From contig JAOADB010000002.1 in NCBI GenBank assembly GCA_026417535.1, forward strand, positions 1 to 51,769: DNA of 51,769 nt, in the 5' to 3' direction. The stretch is from Caldilineales bacterium (GTDB taxonomy: Bacteria; Chloroflexota; Anaerolineae; J102). The position numbers and the translations under genes are program-made. Under the pieces are notes generated by a model, which searched no databases, was not told the DNA's origin, and worked only from the letters and a program-made list of their open reading frames with translations. Positions 1 to 6,307 of the stretch are shown piece by piece (positions within the stretch are counted from its first letter, which is position 1; each line of letters begins with the position of its first letter).

Positions 1-19
1 AGATGTGTATAAGAGACAG
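1..19. other. Tn5/Nextera mosaic-end adapter (AGATGTGTATAAGAGACAG), library artefact, not genomic
   Basis: Exact 19-nt match to the transposase mosaic-end read-through sequence at the very start of the contig. Confidence 0.9.
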
Positions 20-604
20 CAACGCGGCGGCACCGTAGACCGTGGCCGCGTAGGTGAAAAGGCTATAGCGATGCCGTTGGGAACGGCCGGCCACACTGTA
101 GAGGCCAAACGTGATGGCTGAACCCAGGGCCAATGCATCGCCGATGAGCATGCGCCGGTCGAACTGGGGTTGAAAACCGGCCAGGATGGCCACTCCGACC
201 ACGGCCAGGGCAATCCCCAGCCATTTGCGTCGGGCAATCGGTTCGCCCAGGAAGAGCGACGAGAACAGGGTGACGAAAATCGGCGCCGTGTAGACGATGG
301 CCAGCGAATGGGCAATCGTGGTAAAGCTCAGCGAGGCGATGTAAAAGAGGAAATGGAGGGCCGTAACCAGGCCGAAGAGGAGAAAACGGCCCCGCTCGGC
401 CCGTGGTATCGCCCAGCGTTCCCGGCGGATGAACATGACCGCGGCCACGCCGAGGGCGGCGATGAGCAAACGCCAGAAGGTGATTTCATAGCTGGTGATG
501 GTATCGGCCCAGCGCACGAAAACGGGGCTGGTCGAAAAGAAAAAGACGGCTACGGCCACGTACAACAAGCCGCGACGGGAATGCTCGGCCGGTGATGGAT
601 TCAT
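20..604 (-). CDS. EamA/DMT-family transporter, C-terminally truncated by the contig edge (not in the ORF track)
   Basis: My translation from ATG (revcomp of 602-604): MNPSPAEHSRRGLLYVAVAVFFFSTSPVFVRWADTITSYEITFWRLLIAALGVAAVMF...IAHSLAIVYTAPIFVTLFSSLFLGEPIARRKWLGIALAVVGVAIL. Typical EamA repeat; open to the window start. Confidence 0.8.
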
Positions 605-690
605 GGCGAAAAGCGATGGTTGCCGGGCAAAAGAAAGCCGTCGCCGAGGGAACCAGGGTACGGCGACGGCTCAACGCGGGTCGGGGACGG

Positions 691-828
691 TTACTGGATG
701 AAGGCCGAAGCCACCAGGGAAATAACCATCGCCAGGGCAACGAAAATGCCGATACCGTACCAGACCATGGTGCGCCAGTCGCGCTTCTTGGCGCGCGATT
801 TGGCCGATGATGAGGAGGGGCGGGCCAT
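691..828 (-). CDS. small single-pass membrane protein (45 aa), below the ORF-track cutoff
   Basis: ATG preceded by GAGG about 8 nt upstream. Product MARPSSSSAKSRAKKRDWRTMVWYGIGIFVALAMVISLVASAFIQ has a basic N-terminus plus one hydrophobic helix. Confidence 0.4.
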   Translation of the reverse strand: MARPSSSSAKSRAKKRDWRTMVWYGIGIFVALAMVISLVASAFIQ

Positions 829-912
829 AGGCAAAACCTCGTGTCAAAGACGGGTCAGAATGGCTTCATTATCGCCCGGAAAGGGCACGGAGTCAAAACC
901 GTCGCCGGCCGA

Positions 913-961
913 GATGGACGATGGACGATGGCGAGCCCCTTTCGTCCATCGTCTATCGTCC
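913..961. repeat. pentamer-palindrome repeat hairpin (GATGGACGATGGACGATGG...CGTCCATCGTCTATCGTCC) directly after the leuS stop
   Basis: Inverted repeat read directly; belongs to the GACGA/TCGTC repeat family seen across the window. Confidence 0.8.
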
Positions 962-964
962 CAA

Positions 965-3487
965 CTACTCGGTCACGATGTTGACCAGACGCTGCGGTAC
1001 GACGATGACCTTGCGCACGGCGCGGCCGTTCAGCCACTTCTGCACCTGCGGACTGGCCAGCGCCGCCGCTTGCACGGCCTGTTCATCGGCATCGGCCGCC
1101 ACGGTGATCCGGTCGCGCACCTTGCCGTTGACCTGGATGGGCAGCTCGATCATCTCCGCCTTCACCAGCTCCGGATCGGCCTGGGGCCACGCCTGGGTGT
1201 GGATGCTGTAGGGCTTGCCCAGTTGCGCCCACAGCTCCTCGGCGATGTGTGGGGTGGCCGGCGCCAGCAACAACAGCAGGGTGGTGATGGCCTCGTCCCA
1301 GGCGGCGGTACCGTAAACAGGCGTGTTTTTGGCCTGGGCCAGGGTGTTGCTGAAGGCCATCAGAGCCGCGAGCATCGTGTTGAACTTGAAATGCTCGTAG
1401 TCCTCGGTAACCTTGGCGATGGTGCGATGGGTGGCGCGGCGCAACTCGGTGATGGCCTGGGCGTCGGCCTCGCCGGTTGGAGTCTGTTCGGGCGGGTCGA
1501 GTACCAGCGACCACACCCGGTTCAGAAAGCGTCGCACGCCCTCGATGGCGCGCGGGTTCCAGGGGCCGCCTTCCTCCCACGGGCCGATGAACATCAGGAA
1601 GGCCCGCACGGTATCGGCCCCGTATTGGGCCACGTAATCGTCAGGATTGACCACGTTCCCGCGCGATTTCGACATTTTCTCGCCGTCTTCACCCAGGATC
1701 ATACCCTGGTTGAAGAGGCGCAACATGGGTTCATCGAAGTCCACCAGCCCGGCGTCCCGCATGGCCTTCGTGAAGAAACGGGTGTAGAGCAGGTGCATGG
1801 TGGCGTGCTCGATCCCGCCCGTGTACTGGTCCACCGGCAGCCAGATACGACCGATGGCCGGGTCCCAGGGTGTGTCGTCTGGGCTGAGGGGCTGCCCCTC
1901 CTTCCAGTAGGGCGACAGGTAAGCGTACTGATACCACGAGGAACACAGGAAGGTGTCCATCGTGTCGGTCTCGCGCTCGGCATCGCCGCCGCAGCGCGGG
2001 CATGTGACGTAACGGAAGCCCTCGTGGAATTTCAGGGGGCTTTCGCCCGTGGGCCGGAACTCGGCGTCTTCGGGCAGGAGGACGGGCAGGTCGGAATAGG
2101 GCACGGGCACGATGCCGCAATCGGGGCAGTAGATGATGGGGATGGGCGCGCCCCACATGCGCTGCCGGCTGATCAGCCAGTCGCGCAGGCGGTAGTTGAC
2201 CTTGCGTTCGCCGCGCGCGTGTTCCACCAGCCAATCGGCCGTGGCGTCGAAGCTAGCGGGCCAAGCCAAACCGTCGAAAGGCCCCGAATTGACCATGACG
2301 CCGCCTTCCTTGACCGTATAGGCCGCGGCCAGGTTGCGGGCGGCCTCATCGTCCCAGGCGCGTGGGTCGCCAACCCGATACACCTCCTCGGGCACGATGA
2401 CGATGGGCGTGGGCAGGCCGTACTTGCGAGCGAAGTCGAAGTCACGCTCGTCGTGGGCCGGCACACCCATGATGGCCCCGGTACCGTAGCTCATCAGCAC
2501 GTAATCGGCAATCCAGATGGGCACCGGCTGGCCGTTGACCGGGTTGATGGCGTAGGCGCCGGTGAACACGCCGCTCTTCTCGCCGGCCTCGGTCTGACGC
2601 ACCAGCTCGCTCTTGCGGGCGGCCTCGGCCACGTAGGCCTCGACGACCGCGCGCTGTTCCGGCGTGGTGATCTCGGCCACCAGGGGATGTTCCGGTGCCA
2701 GCACGGCAAAGCTCATGCCGAAGGTGGTGTCGGGCCGGGTGGTGAAAACGCGGAAGCTGAGGTCGGGCCGTCCCTGGATGGTCATGGCGAATTCGACGCC
2801 TTCGCTGCGACCGATCCAGTTCCGCTGCATGACCTTGACCCGCTCCGGCCATTCGATACGGTCCAGCCCTTCCAGCAGCTCATCGGCATAGCGGGTGATG
2901 CGGAACTTCCACTGTTCCAAGTTGCGGATCTCGACCGGGGTGCCGCAGCGCTCGCAGTGGCGGTCTTCGCCCCACACCTGTTCCCGGGCCAGGGAGGTGT
3001 TGCACTGCGGGCACCAATCCACCGGCGCCTTTTCCCGATAGGCCAGGCCCATATCGTAGAACTTACGGAAGAACCATTGGGTCCACTGGTAGTAGCCCGG
3101 CAAACAGGTGATGGCTTCATGCTCCCAGTCGAACATCGTGCCCATCTGTCTGAGCTGCCGGCGCATGCGGTTGATGTTGTCCATCGTCCAGCGATACGGG
3201 TGCACGCCGTGCTTGATGGCGGCGTTCTCCGCCGGCAGGCCAAAGGCATCGAAGCCGATGGGGAACCAGACGTTGTAGCCCTGCATCCGCTTGTAGCGGG
3301 CCGCGGCGTCTGAGGGCGCCATGGCATACCAGTGACCGGTGTGCAGGTCACCGCTGGGATAGGGAAGCATGGTCAGGAAGTACCATTTGGGCCTGTCCGA
3401 GGCGTCGTCGCGGCGGTACAGACCGGTTTCTTCCCAGATTTGTTGCCATTTCGGCTCGATGATGGCGGGGTTATAGCGTTCGGACAT
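965..3487 (-). CDS. leuS: leucyl-tRNA synthetase
   Basis: 840 aa. N-terminus MSERYNPAIIEPKWQQIWEE, HIGH-region PYPSGDLHTGH, KMSKS motif (KMSKSRGN), and CP1/Zn-type CPQC..CERC motifs. Confidence 0.97.
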   Translation of the reverse strand: MSERYNPAIIEPKWQQIWEETGLYRRDDASDRPKWYFLTMLPYPSGDLHTGHWYAMAPSDAAARYKRMQGYNVWFPIGFDAFGLPAENAAIKHGVHPYRWTMDNINRMRRQLRQMGTMFDWEHEAITCLPGYYQWTQWFFRKFYDMGLAYREKAPVDWCPQCNTSLAREQVWGEDRHCERCGTPVEIRNLEQWKFRITRYADELLEGLDRIEWPERVKVMQRNWIGRSEGVEFAMTIQGRPDLSFRVFTTRPDTTFGMSFAVLAPEHPLVAEITTPEQRAVVEAYVAEAARKSELVRQTEAGEKSGVFTGAYAINPVNGQPVPIWIADYVLMSYGTGAIMGVPAHDERDFDFARKYGLPTPIVIVPEEVYRVGDPRAWDDEAARNLAAAYTVKEGGVMVNSGPFDGLAWPASFDATADWLVEHARGERKVNYRLRDWLISRQRMWGAPIPIIYCPDCGIVPVPYSDLPVLLPEDAEFRPTGESPLKFHEGFRYVTCPRCGGDAERETDTMDTFLCSSWYQYAYLSPYWKEGQPLSPDDTPWDPAIGRIWLPVDQYTGGIEHATMHLLYTRFFTKAMRDAGLVDFDEPMLRLFNQGMILGEDGEKMSKSRGNVVNPDDYVAQYGADTVRAFLMFIGPWEEGGPWNPRAIEGVRRFLNRVWSLVLDPPEQTPTGEADAQAITELRRATHRTIAKVTEDYEHFKFNTMLAALMAFSNTLAQAKNTPVYGTAAWDEAITTLLLLLAPATPHIAEELWAQLGKPYSIHTQAWPQADPELVKAEMIELPIQVNGKVRDRITVAADADEQAVQAAALASPQVQKWLNGRAVRKVIVVPQRLVNIVTE

Positions 3488-3535
3488 GGTCGTTTCAGGA
3501 GATGAAGGTCATCACCGGAGATGAGAAAAGGGACG

Positions 3536-4480
3536 TTACGAGGCGAGCGGCCACTCGCCTTCTTCGTACACGTAGTCCAGCCAGCCGTGGGGGTCCATCT
3601 CGCCGGCCGTGATGGCGAAGAACCGTTCCTGGATGGCTTTGGTGATGGGGCCGCGAGTGCCGCTGCCCACCGGGATGCGGTCCACCGAGCGGATGGGGGT
3701 GATCTCGGCGGCAGTGCCGGTGAAGAACAACTCGTCGGCCAGATAGAGCATCTCGCGGGTCAGGTAGGCGTATTGCACTTCGTAGCCCAGGTCACGGGCC
3801 AGGGTGATGGCGCAATCGCGGGTGATGCCGGCCAGGATGGAGGCCGACAGGGGCGGGGTGTAGATGACGCCGTCGCGGATCAAAAACAGGTTCTCGCCCG
3901 ACCCCTCGGACACGTAGCCGTGGATGTCCAGGCTGATGCCCTCGGTGTAACCCAGGTCGTGGGCTTCCATGGCCACGTACTGGCTGTTGACGTACTGGCC
4001 GCCGATCTTGCCCAGAGGGGTGAGGGAACCGGGTGGCATCCGTCGCCACGAGCTGACCATGACATCCACCCCCTGTTCGATGGCCTCGGGCCCCAGATAA
4101 CGGCCCCAAGGCACGGTGCCGATGACGACCTCGACCGGACACTTGCGGCCGTCCACGCCCAGGGTCTCGTACCCCCGGAACACGATAGGCCGGATGTAGC
4201 AGGCATCCTGTTTGTTCGCCCGGATCGAGGCTTTGCAGGCGGCGATCAGCTCGTCCACGCTGTAGGAGAGGGGGATGCGCATGATTTTGCAGGAATCATG
4301 CAAACGCCGCATGTGTTCGCGGCCGCGGAAGATAGCCGGCCCCCGCGGGGTGCTGTAGGCGCGAATGCCTTCAAAGGCGCTGGAGCCGTAATGCAAAGCA
4401 TGGGTGAAGACATGGACTTTGGCCTCATCCCAGGGGATGAGCCGGCCGTTCATCCATATCCAATCGGCGCGCATGGGCAT
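3536..4480 (-). CDS. ilvE: branched-chain amino acid aminotransferase
   Basis: WMNGRLIPWDEAKVHVFTHALHYGSSAFEGIRAY and ...TAAEITPIRSVD are class IV aminotransferase signatures. Start moved to ATG 4480 (GAGG 9 nt upstream); the track start at 4516 is TTG. Confidence 0.92.
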   Translation of the reverse strand: MPMRADWIWMNGRLIPWDEAKVHVFTHALHYGSSAFEGIRAYSTPRGPAIFRGREHMRRLHDSCKIMRIPLSYSVDELIAACKASIRANKQDACYIRPIVFRGYETLGVDGRKCPVEVVIGTVPWGRYLGPEAIEQGVDVMVSSWRRMPPGSLTPLGKIGGQYVNSQYVAMEAHDLGYTEGISLDIHGYVSEGSGENLFLIRDGVIYTPPLSASILAGITRDCAITLARDLGYEVQYAYLTREMLYLADELFFTGTAAEITPIRSVDRIPVGSGTRGPITKAIQERFFAITAGEMDPHGWLDYVYEEGEWPLAS

Positions 4481-4642
4481 AGGAGATACCTCGCGATAGG
4501 GTGAAAAGCGGAGCAAAAACGGAAAGACGCGTCATTGCTATTGTAATGGGAACCACACGTAATGTTCCAATCGTGCTTTTCGTTTGGAACACCGTGCTCA
4601 AAAAGGCCAGTCGTTGGCCCGCCGTCGGCAGCCATCGCCAAC

Positions 4643-4744
4643 AAAAAATCCCTTCATCCACACAGGGACGAAGGGACGCTCCGCGGTACCACCCTGATTG
4701 TCGGAAACGGTGGGGGCGTGACCGGCACGCCCCCACGAAAACGA
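4643..4744 (-). promoter_or_regulatory. T-box leader, 3' module: Stem III, T-box antiterminator sequence, intrinsic terminator
   Basis: Minus-strand RNA contains GUGGGGGCGUG-CCGGU-CACGCCCCCAC (4736-4710), AAUCAGGGUGGUACCGCGG (4699-4681) and UCCCUUC-N14-GAAGGGA + U6 (4676-4643). The terminator 5' arm overlaps the antiterminator 3' arm. Confidence 0.85.
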
Positions 4745-4820
4745 TGGTGGAGCAGAAGGGACTCGAACCCATGACCCCCACAATGCCATTGTGGTGCTCT
4801 CCCAGCTGAGCTACTGCCCC
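4745..4820 (-). tRNA. tRNA-Ala (anticodon GGC), CCA encoded, embedded within the T-box leader
   Basis: GGGGCAG-TA-GCTC-AGCTGGGA-GAGC-A-CCACA-ATGGCAT-TGTGG-GGGTC-ATGGG-TTCGAGT-CCCTT-CTGCTCC-A-CCA. It has the G3:U70 Ala identity pair and one U50:U64 mismatch in the T stem. Confidence 0.88.
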
Positions 4821-5008
4821 ACGCTGTGGTTTCCGACCACTCGACGCTGTAACGGGCTGACCCGTCGCCGCCTACTGCCGGGGGTACCGGTTTCGTCGGC
4901 GCCGCTACCAGGCGAGTTCGTCCTCACGCAGACCCGTGGGCTGCATCACCGGGCTCACACCGTCCCCGGTTCGCTGGCGGGTTGGCCTACTACTCCTGGT
5001 CGTTGCGC
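4821..5008 (-). promoter_or_regulatory. T-box leader, 5' module: Stem I with specifier CUC (Leu), Stem II region, F-box
   Basis: Minus-strand RNA contains GCGC-AACGA-CCAGG-AGUAGUA..., the AG-bulge-like AGCGAA, and distal hairpin CCGGG-ACGGUGUGAG-CCCGG. It continues ...GACGAA-CUC-G-CCUGG-UAGC-GGCGC (CUC = + strand gag 4914-4916) and has F-box CCGUUA (4850-4855). Confidence 0.8.
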
Positions 5009-5046
5009 TTGGGTTCTCGGTTGTTCGCCCGGGGGAGCCAGGCCAG

Positions 5047-5119
5047 TGGAGCTGAGGGGACTCGAACCCCTGACTTCTACAGTGCGATTGTAGCGCTCTC
5101 CCAGCTGAGCTACAGCCCC
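5047..5119 (-). tRNA. tRNA-Ala (anticodon CGC), no encoded CCA
   Basis: GGGGCTG-TA-GCTC-AGCTGGGA-GAGC-G-CTACA-ATCGCAC-TGTAG-AAGTC-AGGGG-TTCGAGT-CCCCT-CAGCTCC-A. G3:U70 pair present and all stems are perfect. Confidence 0.95.
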
Positions 5120-5131
5120 GGAGTTACTTTT

Positions 5132-5160
5132 AGTCTATCCGGGTACAGAGGATTTGTCAA
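5132..5160 (-). promoter_or_regulatory. sigma-70-type promoter driving tRNA-Ala(CGC), the T-box and tRNA-Ala(GGC)
   Basis: Minus strand reads TTGACA-17 nt-TAGACT, with the -10 element 12 nt upstream of the tRNA 5' end. Confidence 0.65.
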
Positions 5161-5338
5161 GTCCGTCAACGGCAACGGCGCGGGGTAAGGCCGACCCGCC
5201 TTTGTTGGCCCGCAGTCGGCAGGCTTATAATCTGCCCTTGTTGCCCCCTCTGTGGGCTTTCCCGCAAACCGTGTCCCTCGCCAGATGCCACAGTCTCCGG
5301 CCGGGATACCCGCTTTCCCTTCTCATGGCCTCGCAACC

Positions 5339-6232
5339 ATGCCCATCGGCGAACTGGCGGCCCTGACCACGTCCCTGTGTTGGGCGTTCACCTCGACCTT
5401 TTTCACCCTGGCCGGTCGTCTGGTCGGTTCGGTGACCGTCAATCGCATCCGCTTGCTCTTAGCCGTCGTTTTTCTGCTCCTGGCCCATGCCCTGTTCCGT
5501 CTGCCCTTGCCCCTTCACGCCGAACGCGAACGCTGGTTCTGGCTGGGGCTTTCCGGTATCCTGGGGCTGGCCTTGGGCGATGCCTTTCTCTTTCAGGCCT
5601 TCCTCTGGATCGGGCCCCGGCTGGCCATGCTCTTGCTCAGCCTGGCCCCGGTGTTGGCCACCGTCATCGCCTGGGTCTTTTTGGATGAAAAGCTGGCGCT
5701 GCTCCAGCTCATCGGCATCGGCGTCACGCTGACAGGTGTGGCGGCGGTGGTGGCCGAGCGTACCGCCCCCGACGCCACGACCATCAGCGGCCGCCGGCTT
5801 TTGGGCCTGCTGAGCGGTCTGGCTGCTGCCCTCGGTCAGGCCCTGGGCCTGATCACGGCCAAGCGGGGCCTGGCCGGCGATTTTCCCGCCCTCTCCGGTA
5901 CCCTCATGCGTATGGTCGTGGCCGCCGCGGTGATGTGGGGGGCGGCCATCCTGTTGGGACAGGCTCGTGCGACCCTACGCCGGGTGCGCGAACGACCGCA
6001 GGCCCTACGCTACCTCCTGGGCGGTGCCTTTTTCGGCCCTTTTCTCGGCGTCACCCTCTCGCTGGTAGCCGTCCAGGCCACGGCCGTCGGCATTGCCAGC
6101 ACGCTGACGGCCCTGCCGCCGGTGTTCCTTTTGCCCATCGGCCGCCTGGTCTTCAAGGAACGGATCGGACCCCTCGCCATCATCGGCACCCTGGTGGCCG
6201 TAGCGGGCATTGCCTTGCTGGCCTTGGGCTGA
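5339..6232 (+). CDS. EamA/DMT-family transporter
   Basis: About ten hydrophobic segments. MPIGELAALTTSLCWAFTSTFFTLAGRLVG... and a second EamA repeat LLSGLAAALGQALGLITAKRGL.... Start moved to the third in-frame ATG, where the first TM helix begins. Confidence 0.8.
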   Translation: MPIGELAALTTSLCWAFTSTFFTLAGRLVGSVTVNRIRLLLAVVFLLLAHALFRLPLPLHAERERWFWLGLSGILGLALGDAFLFQAFLWIGPRLAMLLLSLAPVLATVIAWVFLDEKLALLQLIGIGVTLTGVAAVVAERTAPDATTISGRRLLGLLSGLAAALGQALGLITAKRGLAGDFPALSGTLMRMVVAAAVMWGAAILLGQARATLRRVRERPQALRYLLGGAFFGPFLGVTLSLVAVQATAVGIASTLTALPPVFLLPIGRLVFKERIGPLAIIGTLVAVAGIALLALG

Positions 6233-6307
6233 ATTGACGAAAGCCGGGACGACCCCTACACTCCCCATCGTCCATCGTCCATCATTCGTCCCTCTGCGGA
6301 GGTTCTC

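Noticed and set aside
170-595. 141-aa + strand ORF at the left end
   Set aside because: The opposite strand encodes a convincing EamA transporter. The + strand product is charged low-complexity sequence.
620-3313. 897-aa + strand ORF overlapping leuS
   Set aside because: It is antisense to a clear LeuRS gene. Its product is Arg/Gly/Ala/His-rich low-complexity sequence with no motifs, a typical shadow ORF of high-GC DNA.
4911-4916. GCC (Ala) as an alternative or second specifier codon of T-box 1, matching the embedded tRNA-Ala(GGC)
   Set aside because: In the best fold the G is the conserved purine after CUC, and the CC pairs within helix CCUGG/CCAGG. U, not a purine, follows GCC. It is probably coincidence, but I flagged it within the main finding as testable.
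4501-5188. Several 60-118-aa ORFs across 4425-5188, and the 147-aa ORF at 11896-12339
   Set aside because: They overlap tRNA genes and T-box leader structures. The apparent coding capacity is incidental.
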